Assembly: GCA_044448765.1 (NCBI GenBank)
Contig: JBIOHG010000012.1
Location: 4,504 to 68,503 of the forward strand
Origin: Sphingobacteriales bacterium
GTDB taxonomy: Bacteria > Bacteroidota > Bacteroidia > Sphingobacteriales > Sphingobacteriaceae
Direction: 5' to 3'
Length of the DNA stretch: 64,000 nucleotides
Below the pieces are notes generated by a model. The model saw only the letters and a list, made by a program, of their open reading frames with translations. It ran no database searches and was not told the DNA's origin. Made by a program: the position numbers and the translations under genes. Below are positions 18,575 to 28,427 of this stretch, one piece after another (within the stretch, counting starts at the first letter, position 1; each line of letters starts with the position of its first letter).

Positions 18575-18889
18575 GTGCAAAAACTGAAAAAAACGATCGC
18601 GGTTTTCTCTTTGCTTGTTTTTCTTTTCCCGCTTGCCGAATCCGGCATACATTGCTATGCTCACCGGAACGACTTTCGCTGCACCGCCAACAACTTACAT
18701 TTTCACAAAGCCGAACATCATTGCAATCTTTGCGACTTTACCAGGCATTTTTCAGCATCCCCGTCATTTAACCATTACCGGTTCCAGTTGAATAAATTAA
18801 CTGCTGTCCCTTTCTTCTTTTCAGAAAACCATTATCTTTTCCAAACCAGGGATTTCTTATCCCTGCGCGCCCCGCCGTCCGTGATTTGA
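18575..18889 (+). CDS. DUF2946-like leader protein with His/CxxC and C-terminal RAPP motif
   Basis: N-terminal hydrophobic segment, HFHKAEHHCNLCDF, ends LRAPPSVI. Confidence 0.75.
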   Translation: MQKLKKTIAVFSLLVFLFPLAESGIHCYAHRNDFRCTANNLHFHKAEHHCNLCDFTRHFSASPSFNHYRFQLNKLTAVPFFFSENHYLFQTRDFLSLRAPPSVI

Positions 18890-18968
18890 CCTTGCTATCC
18901 TTTTTACAGGCCCGGGCAGGCTCAAATTTTACAGGGGCAATTAATTTCATTTAATAAAGAATATAGAA

Positions 18969-20120
18969 ATGGATGTAAAAAAAATACTTCTTTTCATCAT
19001 GCTGTTTATAGCAGTTAAGGCGCAGGCGCAAGTCGATACCACAAAAACTGATTCAGCGATGCTCAAAAAAATAGAGGAAGAAATGCCGCAGCCGGCTGCC
19101 CCGGCGCCGCAACAGCATGTCGGCGCATCGGCAAATCCCGATATGAGCGTGATCGGTGATTTCCGGGGGTTATACCGCAGCTACGGCACTCATAATTTTG
19201 ATGCCGTACTCAACGAAGCTGAGTTTTCATTCCAATCGGTGATCGATCCGTATGCCCGGGCCGACTTTTTTTATTCGGTAAGCGAGGACCCCGCCACGGG
19301 GAAATTCACCAGCGAAATTGAAGAAGGTTATCTCACTACATTGTCGCTCCCTGCCCACCTGCAGTTAAAGGCCGGGAGGTTCAGGCAAGACCTGGGCCGG
19401 ATAAACCCGGTTCACCCCCACGCACTTCCTTTTATTGATATGCCCGATGCCTATGTGAATTTTTTTGGCGAAGATGGAATAATAGGTGATGGTGTGTCGT
19501 TGAGCTGGCTGTTACCAAACCCCATTTTTTTCCAGGAGTTAACCTTCGAGGCAACAAATGTTAATGCCGGAAACCCGAGTTTTGAACGAAGCGCCAAGAA
19601 TAATTATCTCTTCCTGGCGCACCTTAAAAACTTTTGGGACCTATCCGCAAATTCGACAGTTGAATTGGGACTGACAGGAATAAATGGCGAAAACTTGCAG
19701 ACCGGGATCACCAATGTGGCTGCGTTTGATCTCACTTACAAATGGAAACCTGTGCAGTTCAATACCTATAAGATGTTTACTTTTCAGAACGAGTTTTATT
19801 ATAGCCATGCCCAGCAACCTGGCAACACCGTGATAAATGCGATAGGCTTTTATTCGATGGTATATACCCAGGTAGGCAGACGTACTTTTCTGACAGGTAA
19901 AATTGATTACTCAAACGCACCAACTTCTCAGTCGTTTGTTCAAAAATCGGGCTCGTTAACACTTGGCTGGAACGCAACCGAATTTCAGAAAATAGAAATA
20001 GAAGCCAAATATACCACGATGAATGAAGGGCTGGAACAATACAGCTATGAGAAAAATTTTGGCAGGGCCTTTATTAGGTGGATATTTGTAATTGGTTCTC
20101 ACGGGGCACATATGTATTGA
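18969..20120 (+). CDS. Outer-membrane beta-barrel protein associated with metal (Zn/Mn) uptake
   Basis: Signal peptide, NPDMSVIGDF, NPVHPHAL, C-terminal GSHGAHMY; adjacent to a metal SBP. Confidence 0.75.
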   Translation: MDVKKILLFIMLFIAVKAQAQVDTTKTDSAMLKKIEEEMPQPAAPAPQQHVGASANPDMSVIGDFRGLYRSYGTHNFDAVLNEAEFSFQSVIDPYARADFFYSVSEDPATGKFTSEIEEGYLTTLSLPAHLQLKAGRFRQDLGRINPVHPHALPFIDMPDAYVNFFGEDGIIGDGVSLSWLLPNPIFFQELTFEATNVNAGNPSFERSAKNNYLFLAHLKNFWDLSANSTVELGLTGINGENLQTGITNVAAFDLTYKWKPVQFNTYKMFTFQNEFYYSHAQQPGNTVINAIGFYSMVYTQVGRRTFLTGKIDYSNAPTSQSFVQKSGSLTLGWNATEFQKIEIEAKYTTMNEGLEQYSYEKNFGRAFIRWIFVIGSHGAHMY

Positions 20121-20235
20121 TAAGTAAATGAACGCAACGACATTTTTACCAACGCAATACATCTTTGACACAGATATTTGAGTTCTTAACAAGACACTTA
20201 GTATGAATAAATTAAATATTTTTTAAATAAATAAA

Positions 20236-21141
20236 ATGAAAATAAAAACCATCGCCATATTAACAGCAGCTATCATAACTGCTAATTTCTCGTTTGGGGC
20301 AACGATACGTGTTGTTACCACAACCCAGGATACGCGAAGCATTACCGAGATTATTGGCGGAAAAACAGTAAGTGTGTTTGCCATAGCAACGGGCTATCAA
20401 AATCCGCATTTTGTTGACCCTAAACCCAGTTATATCATCAAGCTTTCAAACGCGGATATGTATGTTACCCTCGGCCTTGACCTGGAAGCCGGCTGGTCGC
20501 CCCAGTTGCTTACAAGCTCGCGGAATGTAAAAATTCAAAGGGGCAGCGAAGGTTATGTTGATGCATCGGTTGGGATACCCCTTAAGCAAGTGCCCTCGAC
20601 CATAAACCGTGCCGAAGGTGACATCCATATTTTTGGTAATCCGCATTACTGGCTGGACCCGGAAAACGGAAAAATTATTGCCCGCAACATTTGCAACGGC
20701 CTCGAAAAGGTTTCACCGGAAAACAAAGGCTTGTACGAGGCTAACCTGAAAACCTTTGATGAACAAATTGACACGAGGATAAAGGCCTGGAGCGCGGCAA
20801 TGTCCCCCTTTAGAGGCGCTAAGGTAATTGCATACCACAATGAATGGGTGTATTTTGAAACCCGTTTCGGTTTGCATATTGTTGATTTTATGGAACCGAA
20901 GCCGGGTATTCCGCCAACACCTTCACAATTGGTTAAGATCATTAAAGAGGTAAAAGAGAATAACATCAAGGTGATCATTTCATCGCCTTATTTTGCTACT
21001 GCTTCATCTGATGTAGTATCCAGGCAAACCGGGGCAAAAATAGTGGTACTTGCTACATCGGTTGGCGCCTTTGATTCCATCAAAACTTATTACGACTTGT
21101 TTGATTATGATATCAAATTGCTAACGGCTGCTTTGAAATAA
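20236..21141 (+). CDS. Metal ABC transporter substrate-binding protein (ZnuA/TroA family)
   Basis: QNPHFV, GDIH..GNPHYWLDP, YH and EPKPGIPPT motifs. Confidence 0.92.
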   Translation: MKIKTIAILTAAIITANFSFGATIRVVTTTQDTRSITEIIGGKTVSVFAIATGYQNPHFVDPKPSYIIKLSNADMYVTLGLDLEAGWSPQLLTSSRNVKIQRGSEGYVDASVGIPLKQVPSTINRAEGDIHIFGNPHYWLDPENGKIIARNICNGLEKVSPENKGLYEANLKTFDEQIDTRIKAWSAAMSPFRGAKVIAYHNEWVYFETRFGLHIVDFMEPKPGIPPTPSQLVKIIKEVKENNIKVIISSPYFATASSDVVSRQTGAKIVVLATSVGAFDSIKTYYDLFDYDIKLLTAALK

Positions 21142-21191
21142 GCAGAATTAATTTTATAAATCGATTATTCTAAACCATAAATACCGGTCTT

Positions 21192-22046
21192 ATGTTCGAA
21201 ATGTTTCAATTAAGTTTTATAGTGCAGGCCTTTATCGTCAGCATTATTATAGGCGTGGTACTATCCTACCTTGGCGTGCATGTAGTTGGCCGGGGGATTG
21301 TTTTTGTCGACCTCGCCCTGGGGCAGATCTCCTCACTTGGCGTTGCATTTTCTGATTATATAGGGCACGGAAAAACTATCATTCCTATTGCGTTCGCGCT
21401 TGGGGGAGCGCTATTGATGTCGCTTATCACCATTCGCGACAAGCGATTGAAACTGGAAGCAGTGATCGGGATAATTTATGCGGTGGCATCTGCTGCTACG
21501 GTAATGCTCATTTCCAAAACCCCGCATGGCGATTCGGACATACAGGAAGTACTTTTCGGAAATATCCTTTCGATAAATTGGGAACAAATAACCATCATCG
21601 GAATTATTTTCGGCGTTATTGGCCTGGTCCACCTTATCTTTTATAAAAAGTTTTTCCGGCTAACAGAAACCTTTGAAAACAACGACAGCAATGCAGCCGC
21701 TACAATTTTCAGGGAGAATAAATGGTTCAAGTTCTGGAATTTTATCTTTTACATTTCTATAGGCCTTGCCATAGTATTTGCGGTGCGCACCAGCGGAGTG
21801 ATCCCGGTATTTTCGTTTTTGATCATTCCTTCCGTCGCAGCGATCATGCTCTGCCGGAAAAAGCTTCATATCATCATTGCAGCAATTGTCATCAGCCTGC
21901 TAGCGGCATATTTTGGTTTGTACGTTTCCTATCATTATGATTTTCCAGCCGGGTCATCACTGGTAGTGGTGCTGGGCGGATTATTTGTGGTAGCATCTGT
22001 ATTTTATCTTTTTAGGGGGAAGAAAAAAGAAGAAAAGGCCAAGTAG
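21192..22046 (+). CDS. Metal ABC transporter permease (ZnuB/MntB family)
   Basis: LG.HVV.RG..F.DLAL.Q and LFG.IL motifs; multiple TMs. Confidence 0.9.
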   Translation: MFEMFQLSFIVQAFIVSIIIGVVLSYLGVHVVGRGIVFVDLALGQISSLGVAFSDYIGHGKTIIPIAFALGGALLMSLITIRDKRLKLEAVIGIIYAVASAATVMLISKTPHGDSDIQEVLFGNILSINWEQITIIGIIFGVIGLVHLIFYKKFFRLTETFENNDSNAAATIFRENKWFKFWNFIFYISIGLAIVFAVRTSGVIPVFSFLIIPSVAAIMLCRKKLHIIIAAIVISLLAAYFGLYVSYHYDFPAGSSLVVVLGGLFVVASVFYLFRGKKKEEKAK

Positions 22047-22068
22047 CTATGACAATTATTGGGATTGT

Positions 22069-22134
22069 AAGCGGAAAGCAGAAAGCCTTTTCCGCGCTAT
22101 CTTTCAGCTTTTTGCTTTCCGCTTTAAGCTTTTC
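22069..22134. repeat. Inverted heptamer tandem repeats (AAAGCNG / GCTTTNN)
   Basis: gcggaaagcagaaagc followed by gctttttgctttccgctttaagcttt. Confidence 0.65.
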
Positions 22135-22152
22135 TTCGCATCTTGCGGTACA

Positions 22153-23508
22153 ATGCCGCACGCGAAACTACCCTTAGGAAAAGAGCTTGCCTATGCCTGC
22201 GGAATGGTGGGCTGGAGCATCATGACGAACCTTATCATCGTGATGCTGCCTTACTTTTACCTGCCGCCTTCTAACGCGGGGCTGGTGCCCTTAGTACCGC
22301 AATTGCTGCTGTTTGGCGTTATCAATATCCTGTCTATCATTGCTGCTTCGGGCCGGTTTGTGGATGCTTTGTTCGATCCGTTCATCGCATCCATGAGCGA
22401 TAAAAGCAAAAATCCAAAAGGACGGCGCATACCTTTTATGAAATGGGCCATATTGCCTGCGGTTGTGTTTTGCTGCCTGACATTTTATCCATTGGAGATG
22501 AAAGAGAGCGGCCATAACGCAGTCTGGCTCGCTGTTACCATGACGCTATTTTTTATGAGTGTTACGGCTTATATTATTCCCTATAATGCACTGCTGCCCG
22601 AACTGACCCATACCAACGAAGAAAAAGTTAAACTATCGTCCTTTCAGCAGGCTGGTTTTGTTATCGGCATTATCATCGCTGCCTCGGTAAACAATTACGC
22701 TGATGGATTGCAGCACTGGTTCCACGTAGCCAACCGCGATACGGCGGTACAATATACTATCTGGGGTTTAGCAGTTGTAGCGGGCGCCGTCATGCTGATC
22801 CCAATTTTTGCCATTGATGAAAAAAAATATTCAGACAGCAAGCCCTCGCATCTGCCTATTCTGCTGGCTATTCGGAAAACGTTCAGCAACCGTAATTTTA
22901 AATATTACCTCATTTCCGATTTCTCATTTTATATGGCCCTGAGCGTCATCTCCAGCGGAATGCTCTATTTCGTTACAGTATTGCTTGGTCTGCCTGAATC
23001 AATGGGCGGTGCGCTGATGGGCGCCATGGTGGTATTATCACTGTTTTTTTACCCGCTCATTAATTACCTGTCCAAAAGAATCGGAAAAAAGCCACTGGTC
23101 ATATTTTCATTTGGCTTGATGAGCCTCATTTTTGTGGCGATATATTTTTTGGGGAAATTTCCTTTTTCACCTTACATACAGGTTTATGCGTTGGTGCTTT
23201 GCGCGGCATTCCCGCTGGCAGCTTTGGGCATCTTACCCAACGCCATCTTAGCAGAAATAGCCCAGGATGATGCTAAAAAAACCGGCGAGAATCGAGAAGG
23301 GATGTTCTTTGCGGTGAAATACCTGTTTGTAAAAATGGGGCAAACTTTAGGGATCGCACTATTTGCCTTTCTAACCGTATATGGCAAAGACCCCGGCCAC
23401 GATCACGGCCTGAGACTGAACGGCATCTGCGGCTTTGTACTTTGTTTGGGTGCGTTGCTGTTTTTTAGCAGGTTTAAAGAGAAACGGCCTAAATTAACTA
23501 ACGACTAA
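22153..23508 (+). CDS. MFS transporter (MelB/GPH-like)
   Basis: DALFDP...SD....GRR.PF, PYNALLPEL and REGMFF motifs. Confidence 0.88.
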   Translation: MPHAKLPLGKELAYACGMVGWSIMTNLIIVMLPYFYLPPSNAGLVPLVPQLLLFGVINILSIIAASGRFVDALFDPFIASMSDKSKNPKGRRIPFMKWAILPAVVFCCLTFYPLEMKESGHNAVWLAVTMTLFFMSVTAYIIPYNALLPELTHTNEEKVKLSSFQQAGFVIGIIIAASVNNYADGLQHWFHVANRDTAVQYTIWGLAVVAGAVMLIPIFAIDEKKYSDSKPSHLPILLAIRKTFSNRNFKYYLISDFSFYMALSVISSGMLYFVTVLLGLPESMGGALMGAMVVLSLFFYPLINYLSKRIGKKPLVIFSFGLMSLIFVAIYFLGKFPFSPYIQVYALVLCAAFPLAALGILPNAILAEIAQDDAKKTGENREGMFFAVKYLFVKMGQTLGIALFAFLTVYGKDPGHDHGLRLNGICGFVLCLGALLFFSRFKEKRPKLTND

Positions 23509-24736
23509 CGTTATTCGGCCGTGCATAAACCAACTGCATCACGTTGATGTTGCGCATAACGAAAGCAGCCTCGCAATAGCAAAGATAGTAGTTCCATTTG
23601 CGGATAAACTCATCATCAAAACCCAATGATTTTACGGTTGGCAAATTTGCATTGAACTGATCGAACCAGAATTTTAAAGTTTGCGCGTAATGCAAGCCCA
23701 TATCTTTCAGATCAACCATCGTCAAATCGCCGGTGCGGTTAACGGCACCGTTTATAGCTGCTACAGACGGCAGTAACGAGCCGGGGAAAATATGCTTCTG
23801 TATCCAGTCGACACCTTTGCGTAAGCTGTCATATCGTGAATCCGGAGAAGTAATTACTTGTAATGCCAATATGCCGTTCTTTTTGAGCAGATCATGGCAT
23901 TTTTTGAAATAGAGGTCGAGGTACTTATGGCCCACGGCTTCCAGCATTTCTATTGAAACGATCTTATCAAACTGGCCCTCCATCAGGCGGTAATCCTGCA
24001 TTTGAATGTTCACCTTGTCGCTTAACCCCTCGGCTTCCACACGTTCCTGCGCCAGTTTCAGCTGTTCAGATGATATGGTTAGCGATGTTACTTTGCAGCC
24101 ATAGTTCTTAGCCATATAAATGGCATTGCCTCCCCAGCCGCTGCCGATTTCGAGCACATGATCGGTTGGTTTTAAGTGAAGTTGCCTGCAAAGACGTTCG
24201 TATTTGGCTAATTGTGCATCTTCCAAACTCAGGCCGTCTTTATAAAAATAGGCGCTGGAGTAAGTCATGGTCGGGTCGAGAAAATTCCCAAAAAAATCGT
24301 TGTTGAGGTCGTAATGTTCTGAGATGTTTTTGCGGGAACCGCTTATCGAATTTGCCTTTTTGTAGTGCGATATCTTGTTAAACCATTTCAAAACGTTAAG
24401 CGCCACTGCCTGCGTTTTATTACCCGAAACCGCTGGATTATTCTCCACATTCAGCAAAAACCATTTGATGACATTGGTGATGTTATCCGTGTCCCACAAA
24501 CCATTTACGTAGCCCTCGCCAAAACCAATATCGCCGTAAAGGATAACCTGCCTGTAGAACTCGTTGCTGTTGATGGTAACGTTTGCGGATACATTGCCTT
24601 TGCCGTTACCCAGGGTAATGCTTTCGCCATCGGGCAGGGTAAGGTGCATGCTGCCCATATCCATGCGCGACATGATCCTTAAAACAATGTCCTGGTAGAA
24701 GCTGGTTTTTCTGACAAGGGTAAGCGTATTTGGCAT
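23498..24736 (-). CDS. cfa: Cyclopropane-fatty-acyl-phospholipid synthase family methyltransferase (UfaM-like)
   Basis: NISEHYDL.N.FF..FLD.TMTYS, LEIGSGWG, SIEMLEAVG and IFPG motifs. Confidence 0.9.
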   Translation of the reverse strand: MPNTLTLVRKTSFYQDIVLRIMSRMDMGSMHLTLPDGESITLGNGKGNVSANVTINSNEFYRQVILYGDIGFGEGYVNGLWDTDNITNVIKWFLLNVENNPAVSGNKTQAVALNVLKWFNKISHYKKANSISGSRKNISEHYDLNNDFFGNFLDPTMTYSSAYFYKDGLSLEDAQLAKYERLCRQLHLKPTDHVLEIGSGWGGNAIYMAKNYGCKVTSLTISSEQLKLAQERVEAEGLSDKVNIQMQDYRLMEGQFDKIVSIEMLEAVGHKYLDLYFKKCHDLLKKNGILALQVITSPDSRYDSLRKGVDWIQKHIFPGSLLPSVAAINGAVNRTGDLTMVDLKDMGLHYAQTLKFWFDQFNANLPTVKSLGFDDEFIRKWNYYLCYCEAAFVMRNINVMQLVYARPNNVSR

Positions 24737-24775
24737 AAGCGGTACTTTCTTATTACTTACGAATAATTTATACTC

Positions 24776-25633
24776 TTAGGTTTTATCAGCAACATAATTT
24801 GGTTTATAAGGCCTGTAAACATCACGCTGCAATTCCTGGTTCGCTTCTTTTTTATGAAAGGGCAGTTTTTTAAGCCATAACCTAAAGGCCTGCCAGTGTA
24901 TAAGGCCAATAACCTTTAAAGTAATTAAAGGAAAGCTAACAAAATATTTTAAAAGATTTGCATCCGTCAACGGTTTTCGGTCGCCGCTAAGCGTGCTGAT
25001 GAAAAATCTTTTGCCTTCTTTATCAAAATCATCTATCCTGATCTGCAATTTTTCGCCGGGAATTTCCAGGTCGAAATCAAAATTGGTGTCCATTTCAATG
25101 AAAGGCGAGACATAAAAATATTTGATAGTGTTGAGCTTGTAATGATCTCCGGCTTTGGTGTCAGCGCCCAAAAAGAAGGGTTTCATTTCCAAAAAGGTAT
25201 TGCAAATCTCCACGATAGAGCAAACCGGCTGACCACCTCCATCATAACAAAAGTAAAAGGATACAGGGTTAAATTGGTAGCCCAGCGTACACAGGTTAGT
25301 AAGCACCATAATACGGCCATTGCCGATCTTAACCCCGTTTGATTCCAGGTAATCCGTGATATGCTGACTGACATTTTTGGACTGATCCGGGTTTTCCTTA
25401 GGCAATTGCAAATGATCCTTATCCCTGAAATTGAACAAATTGAACCGGTTACGGCTCATCCATTTCATACGCTGATGCAGGGTATCTATCTCATCCAAAT
25501 CGAGGTAAAACATAAACACATCATAATGAAACCTGTGCACTTTTGGCGCAAAACGATTGTGCATTACGCGGGCTTTGTATAGGCAGGAATTGAGCTGAGC
25601 GTTGGGCATTATGTGAATATACGTATTAAGCAA
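24776..25633 (-). CDS. DUF1365 protein (UfaO-like; likely start ~25609)
   Basis: H.R..P..H.F.Y, GYQFNPVSFYFC, K.FYVSPF and IHWQA.RLW.K motifs. Confidence 0.9.
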   Translation of the reverse strand: MLNTYIHIMPNAQLNSCLYKARVMHNRFAPKVHRFHYDVFMFYLDLDEIDTLHQRMKWMSRNRFNLFNFRDKDHLQLPKENPDQSKNVSQHITDYLESNGVKIGNGRIMVLTNLCTLGYQFNPVSFYFCYDGGGQPVCSIVEICNTFLEMKPFFLGADTKAGDHYKLNTIKYFYVSPFIEMDTNFDFDLEIPGEKLQIRIDDFDKEGKRFFISTLSGDRKPLTDANLLKYFVSFPLITLKVIGLIHWQAFRLWLKKLPFHKKEANQELQRDVYRPYKPNYVADKT

Positions 25634-25647
25634 TAGAAGCGATGGCG

Positions 25648-25995
25648 CTAATTGAGGGGCTGGCCAACAAATAACTGCGTTTGGGTGTTTGGAATATTGA
25701 TGTGCGCCTCGCGCATGCCGTACTCGCGGTCAAAGGGTGGTGTAACTTTTATACTTTTTAATTTAGATTCTGCGGAGGCCCACCATTTATCGATCTCCTC
25801 AATTTCCAGGTAAAAAGACATCTCACCTATATCACCCGCTTTGATGATATGGATAAACACATCATCTTTCCTTAACACGGCATAGTTTTCATCACCCGCG
25901 AAAACCGTAAACCCAAAAATATCTTCGAAAAAGTGAATGGTATCCTTCACATCATACGATGGTACCATTGGACTGACGTGAATAGCTTTAACCAT
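25648..25995 (-). CDS. VOC/glyoxalase family protein
   Basis: DV..TI.FF...FGF and YGMRE motifs. Confidence 0.8.
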   Translation of the reverse strand: MVKAIHVSPMVPSYDVKDTIHFFEDIFGFTVFAGDENYAVLRKDDVFIHIIKAGDIGEMSFYLEIEEIDKWWASAESKLKSIKVTPPFDREYGMREAHINIPNTQTQLFVGQPLN

Positions 25996-26046
25996 ACCAA
26001 AATTTAAGATTTAGAAATGGACACTAAATTAAAGTAAAACTGATTA

Positions 26047-27303
26047 TCAATAAACAGCATTTCCCAATAATTGTGAGCATAAATTTACCGCACTGGCAAA
26101 AGCATCCTCATGAAAACCATATTTAAAATAACTGCCGCAAAAATAGATCGGCCCGGTTTGGTTTAGCGTTTGCAATTGCGCCTGCGCGCTAATTGCCGAA
26201 ACGTCAAACAAAGGATGCTCATAATCTATTTCTATCAGTATCTTCTTTTCCTCCAAATCATCATGCGGATTGATGGATACAAAATAATTCTTTTTATCAG
26301 ATACGCCCTGCAAGCTGTTCATCCAGTAAATGGTGCTGGGCCGTAATTGCCCGCTATGCATTTTGATGCGGTAATTCCAGCTGCTCCAGGCCAGTTTAGC
26401 ATGGGGCATGGTGTTTTCATCGGTGTGCAACACCGCCTTGTTATATTGGTATTTGAATGGTGAAAGCAAGCGTTGTTCTTCCCAGGTTGGCTGATCTATA
26501 ATATCCAAAGCCTGGTCGCCATGAGCGGCGATGATCACCCGGTCAAATATTTCGGTTGAACCATCTGATGCTTGTACTTCTACCTTGCCGTTTGTGCGTT
26601 TTACGCTAATGGCCTTGCAACTCACACGGATGCGATCCTTAAAGGGTTTAATTAACAACTCGCGGTAGCTCTGGCTACCATTTTGCAACGTGTACCACTG
26701 ATGCTGTGTATCGAGGCCCAAAAAACCGTGATTCTGGAAGAATCGGATAAGCGTTACCGCCGGAAAATCCAGCATTTGTTCCATCGGGGCCGACCATACC
26801 GCCGAGCTCATCGGCACCAGGTATTTCCACAGCATATCGTCGCTATAGCCAAATTCCTTAATGTATTGGCCAATGGAATAATTGGCATACTTCGGATCAT
26901 CCAGTATCTTAACGCTCTCTTTATTGAACCGCCCTATCTGCATCAGCATTTTGATGTAGCGGGGGTTGAAGATGTTCTTTCTTTGGGCGAAAAGATGATT
27001 CAGGCTCGAGCCGCTGTATTCCAGTCCTGTTGGTAAATGCTGAACGCTGAATGACATCTCGGTTTTTATTACGGGGGCATCCAGTTCGGCAAATAGCTTG
27101 CATAGGTTTGGGTAGGTTTTATAATTGAAAACCATAAAACCTGTATCGATATAAACCGGTCGGCCATCTTCATTAACCGTGACGGTATTGGTATGCCCGC
27201 CGATGTAGTTGTTCTGCTCGTAAATAGTCAACTCATCCTGCGGGTGCAAAAAATGTGCGCAACCCATTCCGGCAATGCCTGTTCCGACGATGGCTGTTTT
27301 CAT
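26047..27303 (-). CDS. FAD-dependent oxidoreductase (amine-oxidase family, UfaD-like)
   Basis: GxGxxG, GGHTNT, DTGF.VFN..TYP and GFHEDA motifs. Confidence 0.9.
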   Translation of the reverse strand: MKTAIVGTGIAGMGCAHFLHPQDELTIYEQNNYIGGHTNTVTVNEDGRPVYIDTGFMVFNYKTYPNLCKLFAELDAPVIKTEMSFSVQHLPTGLEYSGSSLNHLFAQRKNIFNPRYIKMLMQIGRFNKESVKILDDPKYANYSIGQYIKEFGYSDDMLWKYLVPMSSAVWSAPMEQMLDFPAVTLIRFFQNHGFLGLDTQHQWYTLQNGSQSYRELLIKPFKDRIRVSCKAISVKRTNGKVEVQASDGSTEIFDRVIIAAHGDQALDIIDQPTWEEQRLLSPFKYQYNKAVLHTDENTMPHAKLAWSSWNYRIKMHSGQLRPSTIYWMNSLQGVSDKKNYFVSINPHDDLEEKKILIEIDYEHPLFDVSAISAQAQLQTLNQTGPIYFCGSYFKYGFHEDAFASAVNLCSQLLGNAVY

Positions 27304-28427
27304 TTGGTTACTGCGTTTAGGAATTTTTCAACTGCATAAGTTGATAATTGTCCGCCGGGCCCATAAAGGTTAAAATCGAAACCATGAGTAGCCCAGGGCA
27401 ATTTAAGCCAATAATGTTTAATATTATTTTCGGTCAGTTTTTTATCCAATTTGGCAGAATGAATATCAGACACCAAAACATCATTGGTTCCATGAATAAT
27501 TAACGTCGGCACCGAAGTCTTATCCACAAAAAACAAAGGCGAACAGGCCGCATACTTATCCGGTACATGTGCATAAGTACCGCCAACGTAATCGCCCATT
27601 ACTTTGCGGCTGTTCATGATGAGCGGGTTTGAGGGAATGGAATAGCCCCAAACCATATCCGCAGGGCCATAAAAATCTATTGCACCTTTCAGGCCCTTAT
27701 CGTGCAGAGTATAGGACGCCAATAAAGCTATTTGTGCGCCGGCTGAGCGACCCAGCAAAACAAACTTGGCGGTATCAATATTCAATTCATCAGCATATTT
27801 GCGAAAATAATCCAGAGCATTTTTGATATCCTCAACCGGTGCCGGTGTTTGGTATTTAGGTGCGAGCCGATAATTGATAGCGGCCACGTTGTAGCCTTTT
27901 TTGGCGAGGTAGCTATTCAAATCAGCTAATTGTTTGCTATCGCCGCTGCTCCACGAGCCACCGTGCACCACAATCACACAAGGCTTTTTTCCGGGTAGCT
28001 GCGACGGGAAAAAATCAAGGGTGAGCGAGGTATCCTTGTAGGTGACATAAGTTATGCTACGACTGGCCACGATATCTTTATAGGAAAGCCGGAAAAGCTT
28101 AGCAAAGCTGAAAGGTTGCATGTCGTCTTTAATGTCATTGTTTCCAAAAGCTGTCTCCAAATTTTGTTTGAGGCTTCGCGAGACCAGGTATGATCTGAAT
28201 ATTGGCGAAAGGAATAAAAGCAAAGCAACGGTGCCTATGACCGTTCCGGAAAGCTGGTATTTGTTCACCCAAAAACCCGTTGCAAACATAACCAGGGTGC
28301 CGCCTACAAATATTAATGGGAATTCGGTGACGGCTATAGCCATCAGCCATAGGTGATAAGTTGGGGCCTTTAGTATAGCCAGCAGGGATAGCAGCAATAG
28401 TATGCTGAGGATGATCAGCCTTATCAT
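27300..28427 (-). CDS. Membrane-anchored alpha/beta hydrolase (HSL-like esterase)
   Basis: HGGSW, GRSAG, HG..D and HGF motifs; N-terminal TMs. Confidence 0.88.
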   Translation of the reverse strand: MIRLIILSILLLLSLLAILKAPTYHLWLMAIAVTEFPLIFVGGTLVMFATGFWVNKYQLSGTVIGTVALLLFLSPIFRSYLVSRSLKQNLETAFGNNDIKDDMQPFSFAKLFRLSYKDIVASRSITYVTYKDTSLTLDFFPSQLPGKKPCVIVVHGGSWSSGDSKQLADLNSYLAKKGYNVAAINYRLAPKYQTPAPVEDIKNALDYFRKYADELNIDTAKFVLLGRSAGAQIALLASYTLHDKGLKGAIDFYGPADMVWGYSIPSNPLIMNSRKVMGDYVGGTYAHVPDKYAACSPLFFVDKTSVPTLIIHGTNDVLVSDIHSAKLDKKLTENNIKHYWLKLPWATHGFDFNLYGPGGQLSTYAVEKFLNAVTK

